This document shows positions 18,840 through 28,108 of a stretch of DNA of 54,015 bases, one piece after another. The stretch is from Gemmatimonadota bacterium (lineage in GTDB: Bacteria; Latescibacterota; UBA2968; UBA8231), in the NCBI GenBank assembly GCA_038128265.1, contig JAYPJE010000021.1, positions 1 to 54,015 of the forward strand, written 5' to 3'. The notes beneath the pieces are model-generated. The model was not told the DNA's origin and searched no databases. It worked only from the letters and a program-made list of their open reading frames with translations. Both the position numbers and the translations under genes were made by a program. The first letter of the stretch is position 1. Every line of letters begins with the position of its first letter.

Positions 18840-18941
18840 TGTACGCATAGATGGCTGTCAACGCACGGTGCGAGGAAGCACTTTTTCACCAGGGATAGTA
18901 TCTGCGCAGCGCCGGAAGTCAAGCGCACGGCGGCTGACCAA

Positions 18942-19805
18942 CTACGGGGTACTGAACGCTTCGTAGTGGCGTTCCCAGTGTGCAGCCCCCGGGTCTGCTT
19001 CGAATACAAAGAAGGCGTACGATAGGTCCAGAGCGTGGCCATGCGCAATTTCTAGATCGCCTTCCATCAGCAGTCCGGCACCGAGTAAGTTTTTGCGTGC
19101 AAACCATGTTACGGGATGGCGCGGGTTGTTCGGATGGTCCATCATGGCGACGCAGCCGCCCACCGCACCGCGCGCTGCGACCCAGCGAGCCCGTTGCCCC
19201 ATGATCTGCTCATGCTGCTGGCGGCCTTCGCTATCGTAGTGGAATGCATCGGCAAAGGGGGGCCCCATGCGCAGCTCCAAACCGCTGTAGCGGGCGGCCC
19301 GACTAGCGCCGAGGGTCAGTCCATCGCCGGTTGGTTCTATACGCGTGCTGATATGCCAGCGCGTGCCGCCTTCGATTTGCTCCAAATTGTATGTGCGTGT
19401 TTCCCGGGCAAAAACGGTGTCATGAGCGTCCAGCCATGAAAGCGCTTCTTCCACGGCGACGACGTCTCCTGATTCAAAGCGGGAAAAATGGTCGTGGCGC
19501 TGCACCCCGTGCGTGTCGGCCACGTGTTCGTATTGCTTTTTTTCCGGCACATACCAAGGCCCCCCCCATAGATTGGCGTCATTGGCATGCACCCAGCCAA
19601 AGTAGAGGCCCGTATGCCAGGTGTGATCGGCGGGTCGATACTCGGTGATAAGCGTGCCGCCAGGCGTGTAAATAGGGGCAAAGCAGGGCTTGGGCGAGTC
19701 CGTGCGTGGGAGCTCTTCTGACGCTCGGTAGAGAGTCAGAGGCGCGCGGTGGCCGTAGTGCACCTCGAAGCCGAGTATATTTCTCTTTAGCGTTAGTGGA
19801 TTCAT
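18942..19805 (-). CDS. DUF6807 ('PmoA family')-like beta-sandwich protein
   Basis: KPCFAPIYTPGG..ITE.RP.DHTWHTGLYFGW, YSGLELR, MMDHPNNPRHP..WFAR. Confidence 0.65.
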   Translation of the reverse strand: MNPLTLKRNILGFEVHYGHRAPLTLYRASEELPRTDSPKPCFAPIYTPGGTLITEYRPADHTWHTGLYFGWVHANDANLWGGPWYVPEKKQYEHVADTHGVQRHDHFSRFESGDVVAVEEALSWLDAHDTVFARETRTYNLEQIEGGTRWHISTRIEPTGDGLTLGASRAARYSGLELRMGPPFADAFHYDSEGRQQHEQIMGQRARWVAARGAVGGCVAMMDHPNNPRHPVTWFARKNLLGAGLLMEGDLEIAHGHALDLSYAFFVFEADPGAAHWERHYEAFSTP

Positions 19806-19992
19806 GATTTTTTCTTTGGTCGACCCGCCTAGCGTACAAGTTGCCGTATGGGCAGAAGTGCACTCAGCGGAATTGAGTAATCGGTATAATTAGACTATGT
19901 TCATAAGTAGATATAATAGGTGCCCAATCGCGTCTAATCAATCAGACAACTCCAGGGTGTCTCACCCATTGGAATGAGCGCTGGGTGAGGGG

Positions 19993-20246
19993 TCTCACGA
20001 CGAGTTAATCGACAAAGCCCGACGACACATATAGAGCAAGCCGGGCCAGCCCCCGGCGATTCGCACGCAGCGTTAGGCTCATTGGTTTACGATCTGTCGG
20101 CGTATCGCGTAGATTTTGAGAGGCAAAACGAGGAATTGCGCTCCTATCAGCGCGATCTACTCGCCAACGCGCGGTACGAACGGCTTTTCAACGGTGGCCC
20201 CATCGATATGCTGATCGCATGGTATCTCAGCCAACGGCTAGATTGA
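19993..20246 (+). pseudogene. Frameshifted, truncated paralogue of the N-terminus of the downstream hybrid kinase
   Basis: SHDELIDKARRHI, frameshift at CACATATAGAG, then EQAG...VYDLSAYRVDFERQNEELRSYQRDLLANARYERLFNGGPID; aligns with kinase DEIEIKKRFIEAG...ISHLSTHQAELEQVKEELRMREHELELFNARYNRLLNSTPVG. Confidence 0.65.
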
Positions 20247-20256
20247 GAGTGAGTTC

Positions 20257-21951
20257 ATGTCAGCCAAAGACGAAATCGAAATAAAAAAGCGATTCATAGA
20301 GGCCGGCTTGGAGGGAGTAGAGCGCCCCCTCAGAGATGCCGTGGAGGAAGTGATAAGCCACTTATCTACGCATCAGGCAGAACTCGAGCAGGTAAAAGAA
20401 GAACTGCGCATGCGCGAGCACGAGCTCGAGTTGTTCAATGCGCGGTACAATCGACTGCTCAATAGCACACCGGTTGGCATTATAAGCAGCGACGGAGAGG
20501 GTGTAATAACAGAGGTCAACAATACGGCATGTGCAATGCTGAGCGAAGAGCGGCAAGTGATTGTCGGTTCCAAGCTGATCGATTGGATTGCTGCCGATTT
20601 TCAGGATCAGATTCACACCTATCTGCGCTCTGTAGCAACAGCAGAGAAAGAAAACGCGTGCGAGCTGCGCCTCCGCACAGACGAGAATACGTGGGTATAT
20701 CTGCAGAGCACGGTATCGGAAGCGAGCTCTGGCACGAATACAATTCACTCGTTCGTCGATATATCGCATCAGAAAGAGTCGGAAGACCAGCTGGTGCGCA
20801 CGCAGCGTCTGCGCGCAACGGGGGAGCTGTGCGCTGGCATGAGCCATAATTTAAACAATATCCTCGCCTGTATAACGGGTCCGGCCTTCTTGTTGGGCAC
20901 GAAAATTAGTGACCCCAGCCAAATGAAGGATGTCGAAGAAATCGTGCAGGGCGCCATGCGCGCCCGCGACCTGATACGCGATATGAATTCGCTCTACAAG
21001 AGGGATGCGGACGATCGCTTTGGAACTGTCTTGCTCAACGAGGTTGTCGATAAGGCAATAAGTCACACCCGCTATTTGTGGCACGACGAGGCGCGTGCGC
21101 GCAATTGCAGGATAGGTGTCCATCGCGAGTTGGAGGCCGGTGTTTATGTCCGTGCTGTAGAGGGCAAGCTGCACGATGTATTCATCAACCTAATCACCAA
21201 TTCGATTGAAGCGATCGAAGGTGAAAACGGCGAAATTCGCATTGTTTCGCACAGTGCAGACGGCTGGGTGACCATCGAGTATACGGACACTGGCCGCGGT
21301 ATGGACGAGGAAACGCGGCTGCGCATTTTTGAGCCCTTTTTCTCTACGAAGTCGACTGTTGGCACGGGGCTTGGCATGACGACGGCGTACAATGCGATCG
21401 TCGGAGCCGGTGGCGAGATAGAGGTCGACAGCAAGGTGGGTGAGGGGACGCGCTTCACGATCAAACTGCCCCTTCAGAGTCCGGCTGTGGAGGACACGGC
21501 ACGAGACGAACCGCCGGCTCTCGCTGCCGAGAAACTGCCCGCCTCAGATGGGGGTTCGGGCCGCGTGCTCATCGTCGAAGATAACAAGGTATTCGCGCTT
21601 ACCCTGTCCCGCCTTGTGGGGCGCCACCACGAGGCGACGGTGTTCTACGACGGGGCATCGGCGCTGCGTGCGTTGAGCGATGGAGCGGTCGAATTTGACG
21701 CTGCGATTATCGACCTGGGCCTGCCGGATATGTCGGGTGACTTGGTGGCAGTCGAAGTGAAGCGACGCATCCCGTTTATTGCCACAGTTTTGCTGACGGG
21801 TTGGTATTTGGATAGGGGTGACCCGCGCTGCGAGCCGTTTGACTTTGTCCATCAGAAGCCGTTTGAGAGCAATGAGGTGCTCGATACGCTTCTGGTGCTG
21901 GCCATGAAGCTCAAGGCGCAGCGCGCCCGCGAGCAGGCTAGCGCTCAGTAG
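20257..21951 (+). CDS. Cytoplasmic PAS-domain hybrid sensor histidine kinase with C-terminal receiver
   Basis: PAS; H-box SHNLNNIL; N-box FINLITNS; DTGRGMD; IFEPFFSTK; GTGLGM; receiver VLIVEDN, IIDLGLPDMSG, LTG, QKPF. Confidence 0.92.
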   Translation: MSAKDEIEIKKRFIEAGLEGVERPLRDAVEEVISHLSTHQAELEQVKEELRMREHELELFNARYNRLLNSTPVGIISSDGEGVITEVNNTACAMLSEERQVIVGSKLIDWIAADFQDQIHTYLRSVATAEKENACELRLRTDENTWVYLQSTVSEASSGTNTIHSFVDISHQKESEDQLVRTQRLRATGELCAGMSHNLNNILACITGPAFLLGTKISDPSQMKDVEEIVQGAMRARDLIRDMNSLYKRDADDRFGTVLLNEVVDKAISHTRYLWHDEARARNCRIGVHRELEAGVYVRAVEGKLHDVFINLITNSIEAIEGENGEIRIVSHSADGWVTIEYTDTGRGMDEETRLRIFEPFFSTKSTVGTGLGMTTAYNAIVGAGGEIEVDSKVGEGTRFTIKLPLQSPAVEDTARDEPPALAAEKLPASDGGSGRVLIVEDNKVFALTLSRLVGRHHEATVFYDGASALRALSDGAVEFDAAIIDLGLPDMSGDLVAVEVKRRIPFIATVLLTGWYLDRGDPRCEPFDFVHQKPFESNEVLDTLLVLAMKLKAQRAREQASAQ

Positions 21952-23063
21952 CTCCTGCGTCGGACAATGCCTTTGCGCAGCACGTTGACCAGGCGTTCGG
22001 CGCTGCGTCCGTCCCACAGCGGTGGGACCGGATAATCCTCGCGCTGTTCGTCCAAGGCAGCGCGTGCGCTTTGCACGATGTGTTCCCTCTGACATCCGAC
22101 CAACTGGTTGCTGCCCTGGTCAATGGTGACGGGGCGCTCGGTGTTCTCTCTCAGCGTCAGGCAGGGCACCTGTAGGGCGGTTGTCTCTTCTGCTATGCCC
22201 GCCGAGTCCGTCAGGGCCAAGCGCGCATTCTCCTCTAATTTTACGATGTCCAGATAGCCCTGTGGTCCGATCAAGTGCAGATTGGGTATGGCGCTGAGTG
22301 CGTCCTGTAGCCCGAAGCGCTCAATGCGATCCTTGGTGCGCGGATGGAGCTGGAATACGATGGCTATGTGTGCGCCGATTTCGGCAAAGGCGCCGAGCAG
22401 TTCGGCCAGTGCGTGCGGATCGTCGACGTTGGAGGGACGGTGCATCGTCGCTAGCGCATACTCCTTAGGTCGCACGCCGATTTCGTCGAGAACCGTTGAA
22501 TCGGCCGCCTTGGCGCGAAAGCGGAAGAGCGTGTCAATCATGACGTTGCCGACCTGGAAAATGCACTCTGCGGGCACGTTCTCGGCGCGCAGGTTGGCGT
22601 CGGCGTCGTCTGAGTAGGTAAAGAGTAGGTCGGAAAGCGCATCGGTTACCAGGCGCGTGCGCTCCTCGGGCATGCGGCGGTCGCGGCTGCGCAAACCGGC
22701 TTCGACGTGGGCCAACGCCACGTCGCGCTTGCTGGCAGCGATGGCGCAGGAGTCCGTTGAGGTGACGTCGCCTACGACCAGCACGAGGTCGGGCTCTTCG
22801 CGCTCGAGCACCTCGTCGAATTTGGCGATAATGTCGGCTGTTTGCCGACTGGGATGGGCGCGCGCGGCGTCGAGGTAGACGTCGGGAGGGGGCAGTTCCA
22901 ACTCGTCGAAGAACACTTCTGACATCTGGTAGTCGTAGTGCTGGCCGGTATGCACCAACAGCGGCTCGAAACGCTGTGGATCGCCGCGCAGTTCGGCCAG
23001 AATGGGAGCGACTTTCATAAAGTTGGGTCGTGCGCCGGCGACGACGATAATTTTTTTGCCCAT
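21945..23063 (-). CDS. wecB: UDP-N-acetylglucosamine 2-epimerase (non-hydrolysing)
   Basis: GARPNFMK, HTGQHYD, VGDV, HVEAGLRS, MPEE, GNVMID, HRPSNVD, LRENTERP. Confidence 0.93.
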   Translation of the reverse strand: MGKKIIVVAGARPNFMKVAPILAELRGDPQRFEPLLVHTGQHYDYQMSEVFFDELELPPPDVYLDAARAHPSRQTADIIAKFDEVLEREEPDLVLVVGDVTSTDSCAIAASKRDVALAHVEAGLRSRDRRMPEERTRLVTDALSDLLFTYSDDADANLRAENVPAECIFQVGNVMIDTLFRFRAKAADSTVLDEIGVRPKEYALATMHRPSNVDDPHALAELLGAFAEIGAHIAIVFQLHPRTKDRIERFGLQDALSAIPNLHLIGPQGYLDIVKLEENARLALTDSAGIAEETTALQVPCLTLRENTERPVTIDQGSNQLVGCQREHIVQSARAALDEQREDYPVPPLWDGRSAERLVNVLRKGIVRRRSY

Positions 23064-23307
23064 GGCACCTCGGTCTAGTGTATGCGCTAATATAAGGTGG
23101 GTTCACAACAGGCGGCCAGCGCGCCGCGGCCCCACATGCGCAGATTTTTTTTGAGCCTTTCAGCGAAGGTCGTAACCACCTAGAAAAACAAGCTACAAGG
23201 GCATTTATAATGGACGACACTACGGCTTGCCCATTTGAATACAAATCAAATTAAAACAATAGCTTAAATATAATAAAAACAATTTTTTCACTCGCTGTAT
23301 GGGTCGA

Positions 23308-23336
23308 TTGACAAGCAATTTTCTATTGGCTATGTT
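23308..23336 (+). promoter_or_regulatory. sigma70-type promoter of dnaE with upstream AT-rich (UP-like) tract
   Basis: TTGACA, 17-bp spacer, TATGTT; very AT-rich 23235-23290. Confidence 0.65.
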
Positions 23337-23349
23337 TGGTCACGTCAGG

Positions 23350-23382
23350 CCTTTTCGACCCCTTTTCGACATTGCTTTCGAC
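23350..23382 (+). repeat. Three direct repeats of (CC)TTT(T)CGAC in the dnaE leader
   Basis: TTTCGAC at 23353, 23364 and 23376 (11 and 12 bp period). Confidence 0.6.
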
Positions 23383-23506
23383 GAGGTGCTCCCCTTGCCG
23401 ACCTGGTCGTGTCCCGGCCAGGTTTTGTCGTTTTATTCTACGCATACGGATTCGTCCTAACGGTGGCTGCAGCAAGCTGCCTCGGGCAACATTTCGGAGG
23501 ATTTGC

Positions 23507-26500
23507 ATGGCATCGGCTGGTTTTGTGCACCTGCATGGCCACAGCGAGTACAGCCTGCTTGACGGCGGCTGTCGCATACGGGAAATGGCGGAAACGGCGG
23601 CCGAACTCGGCATGCCGGCCATGGCCGTTACCGACCACGGGAATCTCTTTGGCGTCATTGAGCATTACAAGGCGTGCAAAGAGGTTGGCATCAAGCCAAT
23701 CATAGGCTGCGAAGTGTACGTGGCCATCGAAAGTCGCCACTTGCGCAAGGCGGCTCGCGGCCTGGCCCACGCCTCCAACCACTTGGTGCTATTGGCCAAG
23801 AACGCCACCGGCTATCGCAACCTCACCAAGCTAGTTTCCAAGGGATATACAGAGGGCTATTACTACAATCCGCGCATCGATAAGGAGCTGCTGCGCGAAT
23901 ACAGCGAGGGGCTCGTTTGTCTGTCAGCCTGCGTGGGCGGTGAAGTGCCGCACATGATTCAGCGCGAAGGCGTTGCCGAGGCCGAAAAGGTCGCGCGCGA
24001 GTTTATGGAAATCTTTGGCGACGATTACTACTTGGAGATCCAGCGCCACGGAATCGACATAGAAGAGAAGGTCAACGACGGCTTGCTGCGCCTGCACAAA
24101 AAGCTCGGCGTGCCGCTGGTCGCCACCAACGACTTCCACTTTCTGCGCTCCGACGACCACGCTGCGCACGATGCGCTGATCTGCATACAGACGGGCAAAA
24201 ACATCGGGGACGACAATCGCATGTGCTATCCCGAAGGGCTCTACATGAAGTCGCCCGACGAGATGCACGCGCTCTTTAGCGACCTGCCCGGTGCCGCCGA
24301 GCGCACGCTGGAAATTGCTGAAAAGTGCGATGTCGAGCTGGAATTTGGCACCATGCACATGCCTGAATTTCCCATCCCTCATGGCTATGACAACAGTGAA
24401 AACTATCTGGTCAATTTGGCCAAAGAGGGCTTAGAGCAGCGCTACAACGCGATAGAAAGCGAAGTGCGCGAGCGCCTCGACTACGAATTAGACGTGATCA
24501 CCAAGATGGGGTTTTCCGGCTATTTCCTCATCGTCTGGGACTTTGTTAACTACGCACGTCAGAGTGGTATTTCCGTCGGACCGGGTCGCGGTTCGGCCGC
24601 CGGTAGCCTCGTATCCTACTGCCTGGGCATCACCGATACTGATCCGATCAAATACGATCTGCTCTTTGAGCGCTTTCTCAATCCGGAACGCATATCCATG
24701 CCGGATATCGACATTGACTTTGCCGACGTCGATCGCGACAAAGTGCTCAAATACGTCGTCGATAAGTACGGCGAGAAAAACGTATCGCAGGTCATTACGT
24801 TTGGTACCATGGGTGCCAAGGCGGTGGTGCGCGATGTGGGGCGCGTGCTCGGAATGCCCTTTGGCGAAGTCGACCGCATTGCCAAATTGGTTCCGGCCGA
24901 ACTCAAAATGACTATCGACAAAGCGGTTGATCGCGTGCCGGAGCTGCAGCAGATGGCCGAGGCGCGCGACGAAAAAGGTCAACTCATCGACTATGCGCGC
25001 CGCTTGGAGGGACTGGCACGCCACGCTTCGGTGCACGCCTGTGCGGTGATTATCGCGCCGTCTGATCTGACCGACTACGTGCCGCTTTACAAAGCGCCCA
25101 AAGACGGTCGGGTAACCACGCAGTTCGATGGACCAACCTGCGAAGAGGTTGGCCTGCTCAAGATGGATTTTCTCGGACTGAAGGAACTGTCGCTGATGGA
25201 CGAGGCGGTGCGCCTGATCCGCTTACACCAGCCCGACTTCGACCTCGACAGTATATCCTGGGAAGATCGCCCGACGTTCGAGCTGTTTGGCCGCGGCGAA
25301 ACCATTGGCGTCTTCCAGTTCGAGTCGGGTGGCATGCGCGAGTACCTGAGCAAGCTCAAGCCGGACAACATTGAAGATATCATCGCCATGAACGCGCTCT
25401 ACCGACCGGGTCCGATGGAAAACATACCCACCTTTATCGGGCGCAAGCACGGCGAAATTGAAGTCATCTACGACCATCCGAAACTGGAGCCCATCCTCGA
25501 GGCGACCTACGGCATTATGGTCTACCAGGAACAGGTGATGCGCATCGCGCGCGACCTAGCCGGTTTCAGCATGGGCCAGGCCGATATCTTGCGCAAGGCC
25601 ATGGGCAAGAAAAAGCCCGAGGAAATGGCGAAGATGAAAAAGGATTTCGTCGGCGGCTGCGTGGAGAATGGCGTCGATAAGAAAATTGCCGAAAAGCTCT
25701 TTGCCGATATCGAAGTCTTTGCCGGCTATGCGTTCAACAAGTCGCATGCGGCCTGCTATTCCGAAGTGGCCTACAAAAACGCCTATCTAAAGGCCAACTA
25801 CCCCAAGGAGTATATGTCGGCGAGCCTGACGATGGATCGCAACAACACCGAGCGCATTACCATTTTGCTCGACGACTGCCGCCGCATGGACATTCCGGTC
25901 CTGCCGCCCGACGTCAATGAGAGCACGCTCTACTTTACGCCGACCGAAGAGGGCATTCGCTATGGGATGGCAGCTATCAAAAACGTCGGCGAGGGGGCCG
26001 TGCAGAGCATGGTCGATACGCGCGTGCAGAGCGGCCCATACGAAACCCTATTCGAATTTTGTGAGCGGATTGATCTCAAGGCGGTCAATCGCCGCGTCAT
26101 TGAGAGCCTGATCGCCGCCGGTGCGCTAGACGGTCTGGAGGGCCATCGCGCGCAAAAGCTGGAGGCCCTAGACCTAGCCCTACGCGTGGCACAGAAAGAG
26201 CAGGAACGGCGCGAAAAGGGCCAAATTAGTCTATTTGGCGGCGGCGGTGACGCGCCCGTTGAATTGGAACAGCACGAGCTGCCCGAGGTCGAGGCGTGGA
26301 ACGAGCGGGAAATGCTCGCCAAAGAGCGCGAGCTGCTCGGTTTCTACGTGTCGAGTCATCCGCTCAAGTCGCACGTGCGCGACCTGCGCAGCTTTGCCAC
26401 TCCGCTCAGCGAGATGGACAAGCAGCGCGACGGTTATTCGATGCGCGTCGGCGGTCTGGTTTCGCAGGTGCGCAAGCTCTACGACAAACGCGGCCAGGCT

Positions 26501-26986
26501 TTCGCTTTTGTTACGCTGGAAGATATGGGAGGCAAGGGCGATGTGGCGTTTTTCTCCGAGGTATTCGCCAGCTGCGAGACCCTGCTGGAAGAGGACTCAG
26601 TGATTATGGTCGAGGGGCGGGTGTCGGAGCGCAACGGGCGCTTGAGCCTGCAGGCGGAGCGGGCCATGCCGCTTGAAGAGGCGCGCGAGAAATTGACCAA
26701 GGCCGTCAATGTGCAGCTGCTGCACGAAGAAGTGAACGACCAACTGCTGGGCGACCTCAAAGCGCACTGCGATCGCTACGCGGGTGACTGCGAACTGCTG
26801 CTGCACGTGCGCAATGGCGGAGAAAAAGACGCCGTTATCCGTTCGCGCACGGTGCGGGTTGCGCCCTGTGACGACCTGCTGCAGGGCCTCGATGATATGC
26901 TGGGCTCACCGCGCACGTCGCTGACGGCGCAGATCCAGCCGCCCGCCGTCCAAGTGCGCGAAGAGCGCTGGCGCCATCGCGCCTGA
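23507..26986 (+). CDS. dnaE: DNA polymerase III alpha subunit
   Basis: FVHLHGHSEYSLLDG PHP domain, GPGRGSAAGS, FERFLNPER, PDIDIDF, KMDFLGL, FNKSHA, OB fold; GGAGG RBS before ATG 23507. Confidence 0.98.
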   Translation: MASAGFVHLHGHSEYSLLDGGCRIREMAETAAELGMPAMAVTDHGNLFGVIEHYKACKEVGIKPIIGCEVYVAIESRHLRKAARGLAHASNHLVLLAKNATGYRNLTKLVSKGYTEGYYYNPRIDKELLREYSEGLVCLSACVGGEVPHMIQREGVAEAEKVAREFMEIFGDDYYLEIQRHGIDIEEKVNDGLLRLHKKLGVPLVATNDFHFLRSDDHAAHDALICIQTGKNIGDDNRMCYPEGLYMKSPDEMHALFSDLPGAAERTLEIAEKCDVELEFGTMHMPEFPIPHGYDNSENYLVNLAKEGLEQRYNAIESEVRERLDYELDVITKMGFSGYFLIVWDFVNYARQSGISVGPGRGSAAGSLVSYCLGITDTDPIKYDLLFERFLNPERISMPDIDIDFADVDRDKVLKYVVDKYGEKNVSQVITFGTMGAKAVVRDVGRVLGMPFGEVDRIAKLVPAELKMTIDKAVDRVPELQQMAEARDEKGQLIDYARRLEGLARHASVHACAVIIAPSDLTDYVPLYKAPKDGRVTTQFDGPTCEEVGLLKMDFLGLKELSLMDEAVRLIRLHQPDFDLDSISWEDRPTFELFGRGETIGVFQFESGGMREYLSKLKPDNIEDIIAMNALYRPGPMENIPTFIGRKHGEIEVIYDHPKLEPILEATYGIMVYQEQVMRIARDLAGFSMGQADILRKAMGKKKPEEMAKMKKDFVGGCVENGVDKKIAEKLFADIEVFAGYAFNKSHAACYSEVAYKNAYLKANYPKEYMSASLTMDRNNTERITILLDDCRRMDIPVLPPDVNESTLYFTPTEEGIRYGMAAIKNVGEGAVQSMVDTRVQSGPYETLFEFCERIDLKAVNRRVIESLIAAGALDGLEGHRAQKLEALDLALRVAQKEQERREKGQISLFGGGGDAPVELEQHELPEVEAWNEREMLAKERELLGFYVSSHPLKSHVRDLRSFATPLSEMDKQRDGYSMRVGGLVSQVRKLYDKRGQAFAFVTLEDMGGKGDVAFFSEVFASCETLLEEDSVIMVEGRVSERNGRLSLQAERAMPLEEAREKLTKAVNVQLLHEEVNDQLLGDLKAHCDRYAGDCELLLHVRNGGEKDAVIRSRTVRVAPCDDLLQGLDDMLGSPRTSLTAQIQPPAVQVREERWRHRA

Positions 26987-27014
26987 CGGAACGTCCAACA
27001 ACTGTGGTCCGGCG

Positions 27015-27042
27015 TTGACAGCGACAAGGCGCATTCTATATT
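27015..27042 (+). promoter_or_regulatory. sigma70-type promoter of the TlpA gene
   Basis: TTGACA, 16-bp spacer, TATATT. Confidence 0.55.
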
Positions 27043-27079
27043 CCCAGTGCATTTGGCCAATGAACTCGTAGGGGGTGTT

Positions 27080-27661
27080 ATGCGCTTGTTGATGCAAACG
27101 GTGTTGCTGTGTTGTTTGGCTTGGGCTGCAGGCGCGGGATGTGCCGGCGAAGAGCCGGAAGTGGCCGAAAGCGGAGGGGGAGAAGTTGCTTTTCCACCGG
27201 AACAGTTTTACGAGATAGAAAACCACGAAGGCGAAATCGTCGACCTGCGCGAGTATAAGGGGCGCGTGGTTCTGCTCAACTTTTGGGCAACCTGGTGCGG
27301 CCCGTGTCGCTACGAAATTCCCGATTTGGTCAAGATGCGCGACGATTACGATCCGGAGAAAGTAGCCATTATTGGCGTCTCGCTCGACCAGGGTTCGGCC
27401 GAGCAAGTTCGGCCGCTGCTGAGCAAGTTCATCGAGCGCTACGACATCAACTATCCGATCGTGCACGATGGTGGCCACGACTTGGTGCGCCAGTTTGTGC
27501 GCGGCAATGCGGGGTCGATGGGCATACCAATGACGTTTGTGATCGACCGACAGGGTCGCATCTACCAGAGGCACATCGGCGTGCCGCACGATAGCAAGGG
27601 CAAGCTCAATCCGCGCGGTGCCCTCAGCGAAGATATTGACGCCCTGTTAGCGCGTTCCTGA
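27080..27661 (+). CDS. TlpA/ResA family thiol-disulfide oxidoreductase, probable lipoprotein
   Basis: KGRVVLLNFWATWCGPCRYEIP, GIPMTFVIDRQG; signal peptide ending GAGC. Confidence 0.9.
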   Translation: MRLLMQTVLLCCLAWAAGAGCAGEEPEVAESGGGEVAFPPEQFYEIENHEGEIVDLREYKGRVVLLNFWATWCGPCRYEIPDLVKMRDDYDPEKVAIIGVSLDQGSAEQVRPLLSKFIERYDINYPIVHDGGHDLVRQFVRGNAGSMGIPMTFVIDRQGRIYQRHIGVPHDSKGKLNPRGALSEDIDALLARS

Positions 27662-27674
27662 GCGCGCGCAGGAG

Positions 27675-27727
27675 AACGCAAAAAAGCGGGGACGGCTATC
27701 ACAATGCCGTCCCCGCTTTTTTGCGTT
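27675..27727. terminator. Bidirectional intrinsic terminator
   Basis: AACGCAAAAAAGCGGGGACGGC / GCCGTCCCCGCTTTTTTGCGTT 22-bp inverted repeat with A6/T6 tracts, between convergent genes. Confidence 0.9.
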
Positions 27728-27737
27728 AGGCGTGCCG

Positions 27738-28034
27738 CTAGTAGTTGGCGTAGAAGTCTTCGTTGAGAATCGCTTTGCCGTGGCGCTTGACCAGCACTTT
27801 CTTGAACGTTTCAATAGAGGTGCTGGTGCGCAGGTGGTCGATCATGGCCTTTTTAGACATGACCATCAGCGTGCCGTTGACGTAGTCGGGAAAGCGACAA
27901 AACCCTCCGCTGACGGGCTCGCCCGTGACGCAGCAGGTCTCTTCTAACTCGAGCTCAATTTGCGAGCCGGGGTCAAAGGAAAAATCGGCAACTTCTTCTT
28001 CGCCGCCCTCTTCACCTGAAGTTTTGTTCGACAT
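27738..28034 (-). CDS. Hypothetical protein (98 aa)
   Basis: AGGAG RBS, host-like codons, own promoter-like element (minus TTGCTA-16-TATATT, 28078-28105) and a terminator. Confidence 0.75.
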   Translation of the reverse strand: MSNKTSGEEGGEEEVADFSFDPGSQIELELEETCCVTGEPVSGGFCRFPDYVNGTLMVMSKKAMIDHLRTSTSIETFKKVLVKRHGKAILNEDFYANY

Positions 28035-28108
28035 AGTAGCGCTCCTGTAAAACAGCGGTAAGTGAAATCAACCCTTAAATATAGCTAGTGTCGGGTTCGT
28101 AGCAAGGA

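Noticed and set aside
18942..19805. 'PmoA' as evidence of methane oxidation
   Set aside because: Soluble DUF6807-type protein with no TM helices and no pmoB/pmoC; the family name is misleading
23336..23506. N-terminal extensions in the ORF track (dnaE; also tatD, TetR, GT2, isomerase, polyprenyl synthase, rluD)
   Set aside because: Family homology and RBS positions support the downstream starts; the extensions overlap promoters or neighbouring genes
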